64,000 bases of DNA from Deltaproteobacteria bacterium (GTDB lineage Bacteria > Myxococcota_A > Polyangia > Nannocystales > Nannocystaceae): assembly GCA_016709225.1 (NCBI GenBank), contig JADJEE010000012.1, positions 2,115,630-2,179,629 of the forward strand. The letters run 5' to 3'. The position numbers and the translations under genes are program-made. Positions 1 to 8,800 of the stretch are shown in pieces. Position 1 is the first letter of the stretch; each line of letters starts with the position of its first letter. The notes under the pieces are model-generated. The model was not told the DNA's origin and did not search any database. It worked only from the letters and a program-made list of their open reading frames with translations.

Positions 1-503
1 GCATCGCAGTCCTGCGGGCAGCCGCCGCCGTCGCAGCTGAACGTGCAGGTCGCCCCGGCCGCGCACTCCTGCTGGCAGCCACCACCCGAGCAGGCGAAGC
101 TACAGACCTGACCGGAATCGCAGATCTGGCCGCACCCGCCGGCGGGGCAATCCTCGCCCGCACCGGTCTCGGCACCGGTGGGATCGGTGTCACCACTGTC
201 GCTGGTGTCGGCGCCGGTGTCGGCGGTGGTGCCGGCGCTCGTGCCGGCGCTCGTGCCCGCGCTCGTGCCCGCCGTCGTCCCGGCGCTCGTGCCCGCCGTC
301 GTCCCGGCGCTCGTGCCCGCCGTCGTCCCGGCGCTCGTGCCCGCCGTCGTGCCTGCGCTCGTCTGCGAGTCGCCGGTGTCACCGCCATCGTCGGCGTCGT
401 CGCCGGTGGTCAACACGCAGCCGCCGGAGGGCACTGCAAGGCCGAGGGTGAGCAGGGCGGGGAACAGCAAGGAGTTCAGGGGAGCGCGCAGCTTGGATGA
501 CAT
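1..503 (-). CDS. lipoprotein with a Thr/Ala/Gly tandem-repeat linker and a Cys-rich C-terminal region (partial; 3' end lies beyond position 1)
   Basis: Minus-strand translation from the ATG near 503 gives MSSKLRAPLNSLLFPALLTLGLAVPSGGC (signal peptide plus lipobox-like Cys). This is followed by (TSAG/TTAG)n repeats and then C-x-GGC-x-IC-x-C-rich sequence with high GC3. The ORF is open at the window edge. Confidence 0.55.
   Translation of the reverse strand, partial: MSSKLRAPLNSLLFPALLTLGLAVPSGGCVLTTGDDADDGGDTGDSQTSAGTTAGTSAGTTAGTSAGTTAGTSAGTTAGTSAGTSAGTSAGTTADTGADTSDSGDTDPTGAETGAGEDCPAGGCGQICDSGQVCSFACSGGGCQQECAAGATCTFSCDGGGCPQDCD
225..365. repeat. near-perfect tandem 12/24-nt repeats (gcgctcgtgcccgccgtcgtcccg units) that encode the TSAG/TTAG linker of the partial lipoprotein
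   Basis: Direct repeats are visible in the sequence. The plus-strand ORF 178..516 (VPALVPAL...) is the mirror artefact of this repeat. Confidence 0.7.
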
Positions 504-561
504 TGCCGCGCGGTAGAGAACCGAGCGGGTCGAATCGATTGCGCCGCCGGTGTGGCGGCCG

Positions 562-1039
562 TCACGACCCGTCGCAGGCGAGCGCCTGGGTCGAGGGCTG
601 CCACGGGTCGGGGGTCACCGTGAACACGCGCTGCGTGGCCTCGCGCGTGCGCAGCACCAGCTCGCGGAGCTCGTCGTCGTCGTAGCCCGCTGCGATCCAA
701 CGCGAGCGCATAGACCGTGCGCGCGTCATCGATCGCGACCGGCGCGACCCCGCCGTACCGCGAACCACCGAGGTCGTCCCACCGCGTGAGCTCGTCGCCG
801 CTCTCGGCATCGATGATGCTCACCCACCGATCGATCGCGGACTCGTCGTACCTCGGCGAGACCGAGCCCTCGTCGACGCCACCGACTACGAGCCAGTGGC
901 CATCGGGTGAGGCGACCGTCCCGATTCGGGCGAAGGGGAACCACCGCACCCACGTCGCCTCCGGCTCGTCCGCGGGTGTGCGGCACGCCAGCAGCCCGAA
1001 GAGGGCGACGACCGCGACACGCCGATCCTTCGCGCGCAC
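562..1039 (-). CDS. hypothetical lipoprotein with a possible frameshift near position 700
   Basis: A GTG start at 1039 gives VRAKDRRVAVVALFGLLAC, a classical lipoprotein signal. Protein-like sequence continues to about 700 in one frame (…TVYALALDRSG). It then continues in a second frame (YDDDELRELVLRTREATQRVFTVTPDPWQP…) to a stop at 562. The original frame turns into Arg-rich junk after 700. Confidence 0.4.
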
Positions 1040-1102
1040 GCAGCCATGGTCGCACGGCGCGTGGTCATTGACGAGCTGGCGGCGCTCGGGAAGCATCGAG
1101 CC

Positions 1103-1762
1103 ATGACGACGGTGACGCAGCGAGCTCGGTGGTTGATGGTGTTCTCCCTGTCGCTCGCCTGCGAGCGCGCGGCCACGACGACGCCGGAGCCGGCAACGAC
1201 GGCGACCGGCTCGGGCGCGGCCGCCAGCAGCAGTCTCGACGCCGAGCTCGTCGCCATCGCGCGCAAGCAGGGCGTCGCGCAGAAGGCCAAGCTGCGCGTC
1301 GACGGCAGCGGCAACCTGCAGAAGCAGTCGCTCTACCACAGCGATGCCGCCGCGGTGCCCGAGGCCGCACGCGCGCTGGTCGAGAAGCGGTGGCCGGGCG
1401 CCAAGGTGCGCGGCTACGAGTCCGAGCGCTACGCCGAGCATGGACGCGTCGACGAGATCGAGGTCACCACCGCCGAGGGTGCCGAGTGCGAGCTGGCCGT
1501 GAAGCAGGACGGCTCGACGCTCTACGAGGAGTGCCGCATCGCGCTCGACGCGATGCCGCCCGCGGTCGCGAGCAAGGTCGCGGCGCTGTTCCCCGATGGC
1601 AGCATCCACGAGGCCGAGACCAAGAAGGGCGAAGGCGTCGACGAGCTCACCATCGAGGTCACCGCCGGCGGCAAGGAGTACTACCTGCGCATGCGCCCCG
1701 ACGGCGAGGTGCTCGCGAAGCTGCTGCGGATCCCCGCCGTGCTCGAGGTCCCGATCGACTGA
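1103..1762 (+). CDS. hypothetical lipoprotein
   Basis: An ATG at 1103 gives MTTVTQRARWLMVFSLSLAC (signal peptide plus lipobox), followed by a T/A-rich linker and a globular domain. Codon bias is good. It is divergent from the upstream lipoprotein gene. Confidence 0.6.
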   Translation: MTTVTQRARWLMVFSLSLACERAATTTPEPATTATGSGAAASSSLDAELVAIARKQGVAQKAKLRVDGSGNLQKQSLYHSDAAAVPEAARALVEKRWPGAKVRGYESERYAEHGRVDEIEVTTAEGAECELAVKQDGSTLYEECRIALDAMPPAVASKVAALFPDGSIHEAETKKGEGVDELTIEVTAGGKEYYLRMRPDGEVLAKLLRIPAVLEVPID

Positions 1763-1796
1763 CGCGCGTCCCCACCGCGCGGCGCATTCGTCTACA

Positions 1797-2483
1797 TTGC
1801 GGCCCGTGCCCGACCGCACCCGTGAGCTCCTCGTCGGACCCGCCCCTGATCGCCCGCGCACGAGCACCGGTGAGATCCTGCAGGTACCCGCGGGCTGGGA
1901 GCTGCTGCCGCCCGGCGATGCCGGCCTCACGCGGCGCGTGAAGGCGGCAGGTCCGACATGGACGATCCGCGAACCCAAGGGTCGCAAGATGTTCTCGCGC
2001 GGACTGTGGGCCCCGCGCGAGACCATCGCCCGCGAGCGCGCCAAGCTCGATGAGGAGCGCGCCGATCCACGTTGGGCGCAGCGCCTCGAGGCCGATCGCC
2101 GCCGTCGTGACGCCGCGCAATCGGAGTACGTCGAGACCTTCTTCGCGGCGGTCTATCGATTCCTCGCCTTTGCCGACCGCCACCGCGAGCTCGCCGCGTT
2201 GGTCGCCAAGGCGATCACCGATCACGCGGTGCCGGTCGGCAGCGGCACCGTCGCGCGCACGCAGCGGATCCCGATCGAGCGCCGCGCCGAGGCAGCGACC
2301 ATCGCATGGCTGCGGCACCAGACCACCGCCTATGACAGCATGTCGATCCCGCGGGTCCGTGGCATGCGACGCGAGGTCCGGCGCCTGCTCGCCGAGCAAT
2401 CGCGACGCGTGCTCGGTCGCTATCGCAGCAGCGAAGCGGTCGACGAGGCCACATGCGTGCTGCGACGCGCCTTGCGAGCGTGA
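1797..2483 (+). CDS. hypothetical conserved protein (DUF2293-like, tentative)
   Basis: The protein-like part of ORF 1596..2483 begins after the upstream stop at 1762. Candidate starts are TTG 1797 and GTG 1806. The N-terminal 60 aa of the track ORF is low-complexity and overlaps the previous gene. The remaining 228 aa is a basic, helical protein. Confidence 0.5.
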   Translation: MRPVPDRTRELLVGPAPDRPRTSTGEILQVPAGWELLPPGDAGLTRRVKAAGPTWTIREPKGRKMFSRGLWAPRETIARERAKLDEERADPRWAQRLEADRRRRDAAQSEYVETFFAAVYRFLAFADRHRELAALVAKAITDHAVPVGSGTVARTQRIPIERRAEAATIAWLRHQTTAYDSMSIPRVRGMRREVRRLLAEQSRRVLGRYRSSEAVDEATCVLRRALRA

Positions 2484-2498
2484 CACGCGGACGCAGAG

Positions 2499-3875
2499 CT
2501 ACCCGACCGGTGGCGGAGGCGGCGGCGGCTTGTCGTGGCACACGCTGATCTCGAGGATCATGTACAGCAAGATGAGCTCCTGCGGATTCAACCCGGGGTG
2601 GGCGACGCTGGAGTTCTCGAAGGTGCTGTACATCATGCGGCCGCAGCCCCACTGACCGCTGATCGCCATGGGGCGGATCTTCGTCGGGTCGCTGCAGCTC
2701 GTGCACGGGCCCTCGACCCAGGTGTGGTGGCCGACGTCGACGTCCATGCCATCCTCGTCTTGCACGATGATCGGCGTGGTCGACTCGATGCCAGAGTAGT
2801 TGAGCTGCAGCTCGACGCTCGGCAGCGCGTTCAGTGTCGGGTTGCCGCCGCCGATGTCCTTCAAGCCAGGCGGCAGCGCCTGCAGCCACGCGAGCAGCTC
2901 GTCATCGACCACGCTGCCGTTCACGTCGTAGGCGGGCTGGATGTCCGGCATCCCCGGCGAGTGGAACTCCTGGTAGTCGGGGAACGGGGCCTCGATGTAC
3001 TCGTTCGAGTGATCGGTGGCGTACCACTTGCCGCCGCCGGCCACGTAGTCGCGGATGTTCTGCGCGCGGAGGATCGGCACCGACGGCGCGCCCAGCCAGA
3101 ACTTCGTCGCCGCGCAGGGCACGAAGATGATGTGGTACTGGCTCATGCCGATGAAGTCGTCCATGAACGCGCCCTGATCGGAATCCGAGATCAACGTGAA
3201 CTGCTGCGTGCCGGGCACGAGCTCGCCGTTGGCGGACACCTCGCCGAGCCCGAACTTCGCGAGCACGTTGAACACGCGATCGGGATCGGTCTCGTACACC
3301 GCGATCTTGGGGATCCACATGCCCGCCGCGGGGTTCCATTCGCCGGGTAGGCTGCTCTGCTCGGCCGGCACCGGGTTGCCGCCCTCGACGACGTCGAAGT
3401 CGACGACGCGGAGGAACTCGCCCTTCTGCACCACCAGCTGCTGGCCGGGGCCCGCGGTCGCCGGCAGCGAGAAGCTGCCGTCGGGCTCGGTGAGCACGAA
3501 CGGCGTGTCGCACGAGAGCTCGACGCACGACGAGCAGTAGACCTTGTCGGGCACCGGCTCGACCTCGTCGTCGGTGAGGTAGACCAGCGCGCCGCTGATC
3601 GGGATCTGCATGTTGGGCGCGTAGACCGTGCCCGTGAGCGTCGCGTTGGACCCGGGCAAGGGCGGGCAATCGTTGCCGCCCTCCTCGCCACCGCCGGTCA
3701 CACCCCCCTCGCCGATGTCGAAGCGCTCGCCGGTGTCCACCCCGATCGGGCCCGTGCTCGGGCTGCTCCCCGCGGTGTTGGCCGTGACGCTGACCTCGAC
3801 GGGATCCTCGCGCACCGTGGTCCCACACGCCCCAAGCGACAGGGACACGACCGACAGCAGTGGCACGGCGCGCAT
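2499..3875 (-). CDS. secreted lipoprotein, hypothetical (possible carboxypeptidase-regulatory-like beta-sandwich at the N-terminus)
   Basis: An internal ATG at 3875 gives MRAVPLLSVVSLSLGACG (lipobox). The 553-aa track ORF carries a 95-aa Arg-rich junk extension upstream of this. The body has no recognisable catalytic motif. Confidence 0.6.
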   Translation of the reverse strand: MRAVPLLSVVSLSLGACGTTVREDPVEVSVTANTAGSSPSTGPIGVDTGERFDIGEGGVTGGGEEGGNDCPPLPGSNATLTGTVYAPNMQIPISGALVYLTDDEVEPVPDKVYCSSCVELSCDTPFVLTEPDGSFSLPATAGPGQQLVVQKGEFLRVVDFDVVEGGNPVPAEQSSLPGEWNPAAGMWIPKIAVYETDPDRVFNVLAKFGLGEVSANGELVPGTQQFTLISDSDQGAFMDDFIGMSQYHIIFVPCAATKFWLGAPSVPILRAQNIRDYVAGGGKWYATDHSNEYIEAPFPDYQEFHSPGMPDIQPAYDVNGSVVDDELLAWLQALPPGLKDIGGGNPTLNALPSVELQLNYSGIESTTPIIVQDEDGMDVDVGHHTWVEGPCTSCSDPTKIRPMAISGQWGCGRMMYSTFENSSVAHPGLNPQELILLYMILEISVCHDKPPPPPPPVG

Positions 3876-4020
3876 GGTGCCGGCCACGTTACCCCAGGGC
3901 GCCCCGCGGTTCCTGATCCGGCTAGGATTTCGTGTGGCGCTGGATGGGCTGAGGTGGTCAGGGACGCCGCGTCGGCGCGCAGGTTCGCGCGGCCGAGCGC
4001 GGCGGCCCACCCGCTGCGCG

Positions 4021-5331
4021 TCATAGACACGCGCAGAGGTTGATCGCGCCCGGCGACACACCGTAGGGACCCGCGTCGCAGTGGCTGATCGCGACCTTCG
4101 GGCCCCGCGAGTGCGCACAGACCGAGGCCGGACACACGCCGAACGGAACATACACGCCACACGTGTCGAGCGGGAGCAGCTCGATGACGTCCTTCACCAC
4201 GCCGGCGCCACCGATGAGTCCGCCGAGGCCACCGTCAGGGCGGGGCGCCTTCTTCGCTTCGGCAGCGATGGTGGTCGCGAGCATCTGCATCGGTTCGGTC
4301 GTGCCGCGGCCCACGAACGCGTGGCTGCCGTCGTCGCCGCGAAACCACACGTCGCCGCAGACGGTCCGCATGTCGCCGCCGTCGAGTTCGTCGAGCAGCG
4401 ATGCCGCGCCGAGGTTGAAGCGGTCGGCGGTCGTGAAGCTCGCGCCCGCGAAATCGATGGCAACGGTGAGGCCACCGGTGCTGTCGAGGGTTGCCGCTTC
4501 GTCGGCCGCGAGCCGTACACCGATGCGGAACTCGGGCAGCTCCTGCAGCGGGAACGCAACGGAGTACAGGTTCTCCGCGGGGTCGAAGTCGCCGGGCGTC
4601 ACGACGATCTCCACCGCCGTCGTGCCCTCCAGCACGTCGACGATCGATGGCGTCCGCTCCTCGATCGGCGATGCCGTCATCGTGCCGAGCGCACCAGGAC
4701 GCAGGACCCAGCTCGCCTCACCCGCATCGGCATACGGCAGTGCCGACTCGTAGTTGCCCGCCGTGTAGGCAGCGACCAGGTCGCTGCTGTCGACATCGCC
4801 ATCCCCATCGAAGTCGCCCTCGGCCCAGCCGACCTCGCCATCGACGTCGGGCGACTCGTAGTGCCCAGACTCGAACATCGCGACGAGATCGTCCGACCCG
4901 AAGCGACCATCGCAGTTCGCATCGCCCGGCTGCGGTCGCAGCAGCGTGATCTCTGCATCGACGGAGCCAGACACCGTCACGGTGTGGTAGCCCGGCGCGA
5001 CGCCGGCGTCGGGCAGGATGAGCGCGACGAAGCGCCCCGACCCGCTGGGCGCGAGCTCGAGCGGGAAGCCGTCGAGCGTCGCATCGAGCGCGAAGACGCC
5101 CGCCGTCTCCTCGACCGAGCCATCGAAGCCGACCGCCAGGATTGCGCCCTCCCCATGCGGGGTCCAGCAGTGCGGCGCGGCGAGGCGGCCGTCGAGCACG
5201 GCCGCCCAGGTCGCCGCAGGCGTCTGCGCCCGCGTGGGGTTCTCGAGCTCCAGGGCTGCGCGGGGACTCTCGTTGTCCGCGCAAGCAACGAGGACGAGCA
5301 AGGTCATGAGGTGATGTCGACACATGTTCAT
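4021..5331 (-). CDS. secreted lipoprotein with dockerin-type calcium-binding repeats
   Basis: An ATG at 5331 gives MNMCRHHLMTLLVLVACADNE (lipobox). It contains DANCDGRFGSDDLV and DFDGDGDVDSSDLVAAY, which are dockerin type I-like repeat pairs. The upstream part of the track ORF is Arg/His-rich junk. Confidence 0.6.
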   Translation of the reverse strand: MNMCRHHLMTLLVLVACADNESPRAALELENPTRAQTPAATWAAVLDGRLAAPHCWTPHGEGAILAVGFDGSVEETAGVFALDATLDGFPLELAPSGSGRFVALILPDAGVAPGYHTVTVSGSVDAEITLLRPQPGDANCDGRFGSDDLVAMFESGHYESPDVDGEVGWAEGDFDGDGDVDSSDLVAAYTAGNYESALPYADAGEASWVLRPGALGTMTASPIEERTPSIVDVLEGTTAVEIVVTPGDFDPAENLYSVAFPLQELPEFRIGVRLAADEAATLDSTGGLTVAIDFAGASFTTADRFNLGAASLLDELDGGDMRTVCGDVWFRGDDGSHAFVGRGTTEPMQMLATTIAAEAKKAPRPDGGLGGLIGGAGVVKDVIELLPLDTCGVYVPFGVCPASVCAHSRGPKVAISHCDAGPYGVSPGAINLCACL

Positions 5332-5432
5332 TTGCTTCCACCATCCGCGGCCGCCGGCCGCCATCGGGTTCGCAGATGGATTGCCGGTCGAGTCGAAACG
5401 GATGCATGATTTCGTGTGGTCGGGTGGGTGGC

Positions 5433-7982
5433 ATGACGGGTGGTGATGGCGACGACGCGGCGTTCGGCCGTGCGCTGGGAGACGTGCGGCAACTCGAGCT
5501 CGCGGACGAAGCGACCGTGCGCGCCGAGCTGTTCGCGCGGATGGGCATCGCTCCGATCGCCCCGCGCCTCGGAGGTCGCTACACACTCGGTCGTCGCCTC
5601 GGAAGCGGCGGTTCTGGGGCGGTCTACGCCGCGCGTGACGACAAGCTCGGTCGCGACGTCGCCATCAAGCTCGTGCGCGTCGGCGGCCTCGATGGCTTCG
5701 ATGACTCGGCCTCCGAGGGTCGACTACGCCGCGAGGCGAGAGCCATCGCGCGTCTCGCCCATCCGAACATCGTCGCGGTGTTCGATCTCGGTCGCTACGA
5801 CTTCGGCGAGCTCGGCTACGAGCTCGCCGACGCTCCGGCGCGCGGCCTGTACCTCGTCATGGAGCTCGTCGACGGTGGTGACCTCGCCGGGTGGGCGGCC
5901 TCGGGGGCGAGCTTCGCCGCGCGCATCGAAGTCTTGATCGGCGTCGCCCGCGGTCTGCACGCAGCTCACGGCGCGGGCCTGGTCCACCGCGACGTCAAGC
6001 CGGCGAACGTCATCATCGCCCGCGACGGGACGCCGAAGCTCGCGGACTTCGGTCTCGCGCGCCCCCCGGCGGAGACGACCCGAGATGCCGGGTCAGCGGA
6101 CGATGACGAGGCGCCGCGCGACGACGTGACGGCACACGGCACGGTCGTCGGAACGCTGCCGTACATGGCGCCCGAGCAGTTCGGCGGCAGCTCGAGCGCC
6201 GCAAGCGATCAGTACGCGTTCTGCGTCACGGCGGTGGAAATCCTGCTGGGTGAACGGCCGTTCGTCGGTGACGCGAGCGAACAACTCGCGGCGAAGCGCG
6301 CTGGCCGAGCCCCCGCGCTCGAGCGACTGCCGCCGCGACTGCGCGCTGCGCTGCAACGCGGCCTGTGCACGGATCCCGCGGATCGATTTGGGTCGATGCT
6401 CGAGCTGAGCGAAGCGCTCGCCCCGGCGCCACAACGGCGCTTCGCACTCGTCGGCGCCGCGGCGCTCCTCGGCATCGCACTCGCAGGGTGGATCGCCACC
6501 CCCGACGACGCCTGTGCACCGCTCGCGCGGGCCGCCAGTGCGGTCGAGCGCATGCCGTCGGCGGCCGCACTCGCCGCGACACTCGAAGACGAGGCATCGC
6601 GCCTTCGCGCCACACATGCGGCCTGCCTCACCCTCGACGACCCGGACACGCGCGCGTGCATGGGCCAGCGTGGTCGTCAGCACGAGCGCCTGCTCGCGAG
6701 TCTCGGCGACATCGATGCCCCTGCGATGCTCCGAGCGTTCCACGCGCTACCCCCCGCCGACGAGTGTGTCGCGCTGCGTGCGGTCGCGTCGGCACCGCCC
6801 GAAGCGCTCCGCGACGGTGTCGATGCCGTGCACGAGTTCGTCGTCACCGCACGAGCACTCGCCGACGCAGGCGAGCTCGAATCTGCAGCGGTCCAGGCGG
6901 GTCACGCCATCGCGACCGCACGGCGCCTCGACTGGCCGCCGGCGCTCGTCGAGGCCAGCATCGTGCACGCGCACGTCGAGTTCGGCCTCGGCCGGGTCGA
7001 CGCCGCAGAGATCGAGCTCGTCGACGCCTACTGGTCGGCGGTCGAGCTCGGCAATCTGCCGGAGACCGAGCGCGCGGCTGAGCATCTCGCCCACCTGCAC
7101 GGCCGTCCTGGAGGCGACCGCGGCGAGGCGGAGCGCTGGGAGAAGCGCGCGAATGCCTCGCTCGACGGCATGGGCCGACCACCGTTCGTCGAGGCTCGCC
7201 TCGCCGCGATCCGCGGTGCGAACCGCAACGCGTGGCACGACGAGCCGGCAGCCATCGTCGAGTTCCGCCACGCGCTCGCACTGCTCGAAGCGCAGGGTCT
7301 CGACTACCGTCGACAGATCGCGACCCTGTCGAGCAACCTCGGCGAGATGCTCACACGGACTGGCCAGCACGCCGAGGCGGAGCGCATGCTGCTGCGTGCG
7401 ATCGAGCTCGGCGACCCGGAGGGCATCGCATCGGTTCCCGCCCTGATGCACCTCTCGACCCTGCGACGATCGCAACAACGCCTCGACGAGGCCGACGCGC
7501 TGATCCGCGACGCGATTGCGCGGCTCGACACGGCGGCACCTGCCGGCCATCCATGGCGCGGGCAGATCTTCAACAACCTCGGGGTCATCGCAACACTGCG
7601 GCCGGACTTTGCGTCCGCGGCCGACGCGTTCGCGACCGCGGTGCGATCGCACGAGCAGCTCGGCCTGCGCGACGCAGCGTGGGCGGGGTACCACAAGAAC
7701 TGGGCCACCGCGGCGGCGCGCATGCACGAGTGGAGCACGGCGATCGAGCACTTCGAGATTGCGCTCGCGGTGCTCACGAGCGCCGACCCTCGCCGCGACC
7801 AAGCGCTCGTCGGCCTCGCCGAAGCCAACCTCGAACTCGGTGACGTCTCGGCCGCCGCGACCCGCCTGCGCGAGGTCGACCCGTCCCTGCTGGCCCGCGA
7901 TGCGAGCATGGTGGCCGAAGTCGACGCGCTGCGCGCTCGCATCACCGCCGCCGAGGCCGAGCGGATAGGATCCCCCGAGTGA
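5433..7982 (+). CDS. Ser/Thr protein kinase with one transmembrane segment and a roughly 500-aa extracytoplasmic TPR-like helical-repeat domain
   Basis: Hanks kinase motifs are present: GSGGSGAVY (P-loop), AIKL, HRDVKPANVI (catalytic loop), DFGLAR, PYMAPE. A hydrophobic segment FALVGAAALLGIALAGWIA follows the kinase domain. The C-terminal half is Ala/Leu-rich helical repeats. The start could alternatively be at 5376. Confidence 0.85.
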   Translation: MTGGDGDDAAFGRALGDVRQLELADEATVRAELFARMGIAPIAPRLGGRYTLGRRLGSGGSGAVYAARDDKLGRDVAIKLVRVGGLDGFDDSASEGRLRREARAIARLAHPNIVAVFDLGRYDFGELGYELADAPARGLYLVMELVDGGDLAGWAASGASFAARIEVLIGVARGLHAAHGAGLVHRDVKPANVIIARDGTPKLADFGLARPPAETTRDAGSADDDEAPRDDVTAHGTVVGTLPYMAPEQFGGSSSAASDQYAFCVTAVEILLGERPFVGDASEQLAAKRAGRAPALERLPPRLRAALQRGLCTDPADRFGSMLELSEALAPAPQRRFALVGAAALLGIALAGWIATPDDACAPLARAASAVERMPSAAALAATLEDEASRLRATHAACLTLDDPDTRACMGQRGRQHERLLASLGDIDAPAMLRAFHALPPADECVALRAVASAPPEALRDGVDAVHEFVVTARALADAGELESAAVQAGHAIATARRLDWPPALVEASIVHAHVEFGLGRVDAAEIELVDAYWSAVELGNLPETERAAEHLAHLHGRPGGDRGEAERWEKRANASLDGMGRPPFVEARLAAIRGANRNAWHDEPAAIVEFRHALALLEAQGLDYRRQIATLSSNLGEMLTRTGQHAEAERMLLRAIELGDPEGIASVPALMHLSTLRRSQQRLDEADALIRDAIARLDTAAPAGHPWRGQIFNNLGVIATLRPDFASAADAFATAVRSHEQLGLRDAAWAGYHKNWATAAARMHEWSTAIEHFEIALAVLTSADPRRDQALVGLAEANLELGDVSAAATRLREVDPSLLARDASMVAEVDALRARITAAEAERIGSPE

Positions 7983-8590
7983 CGGAGATCGGTGACGAAG
8001 CGCTGCTCGCGGCATGGCAGGCCGGCGACAAGGCTGCCGGCGACGTGCTCGTGCGACGCTACTTCTCGCTGCTGTTCCGATTCCTCAAGCCGCGTGTCGC
8101 CGAGCACACGGCCGACCTCGCGCAGCGCACGTTTCTCGCCATCTCGCAGTCACACGAGCGGATCCCTGCGGGCGTCAGCTTTCGCGCCTGGCTCCTGGGG
8201 GTCGCGCGCAACCAACTGCTCGCGTTCGGGCGCGCGAGCGCAAGGCGCTCTCTCGTGGTCGGCGGCGCGCCGATCTCGGGGGTCGCAGGCGACGCGACGC
8301 CCAGCGAAGTCGTCGCGCACCGCGAGGAGCAGCGCGTCTTGCTTCGCGGACTGCGAACCCTCCCGATCGAGATGCAGCTCGTGATCGAGCTCTTCTACTG
8401 GGAGAACATGTCGCGGGAGGAGATCGCGGCGGTGCTCGGCGTCGAGACCAATACCGTCAAGTCGCGACTGCAGCGCGCCAAGGATCGCCTGCGCGAGCTG
8501 CTCCCGCGGCTCGATCCCGTGACCGGCAGCGTGACGGCGGCCGATCTGGAGCGCTGGGCGCAGTCACTGCGTCCGCCGGATTCGGCCTGA
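7979..8590 (+). CDS. ECF (sigma-70 family, group IV) RNA polymerase sigma factor
   Basis: The sigma-2 (LFRFLKPRV…FRAWLLGVARNQLL) and sigma-4 (EMSREEIAAVLGVETNTVKSRLQRAKDRLRE) regions are present. The GTG start overlaps the kinase stop (GTGA), indicating translational coupling. An aggat RBS-like motif lies upstream. Confidence 0.85.
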   Translation: MTEIGDEALLAAWQAGDKAAGDVLVRRYFSLLFRFLKPRVAEHTADLAQRTFLAISQSHERIPAGVSFRAWLLGVARNQLLAFGRASARRSLVVGGAPISGVAGDATPSEVVAHREEQRVLLRGLRTLPIEMQLVIELFYWENMSREEIAAVLGVETNTVKSRLQRAKDRLRELLPRLDPVTGSVTAADLERWAQSLRPPDSA

Positions 8591-8800
8591 CGCGAGTCCG
8601 TCGACGCCGCGAACCACTGCGCCCCCGTTGCGAGTGTTCTCCTCCGGCCGCACCCGACGGTCGGGACACCGGTCGAACGATCGTCCGCTGCGCGCTACCG
8701 ATCGATCACGCGACCTCGGGTTGCATGCCCCGCGTCGTCCGGCACCCTGTCCGCGTTGTCGAACGAGACCACCGCGGTGCGCAGCCTCGTTCCCGCGCGG

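Noticed and set aside
178-516. Plus-strand ORF encoding a (VPAL)n repeat protein
   Set aside because: It is the mirror-strand reading of the tandem DNA repeat. The opposite strand carries a convincing lipoprotein with a signal peptide.
1046-1102. Track start (1046) for the lipoprotein gene and N-terminal extensions of several other track ORFs (for example 2499..4160, 4021..5586, 22075, 24900, 28164, 33808, 40801, 57028)
   Set aside because: The track takes the most upstream ATG/GTG/TTG in frame. The extensions are low-complexity Arg-rich sequence with poor codon usage. An internal start immediately precedes a signal peptide or conserved N-terminus in each case.
6747-8107. Minus-strand ORFs of 422 and 267 aa
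   Set aside because: They are antisense to the Ser/Thr kinase TPR region and ECF sigma genes, with junk composition.
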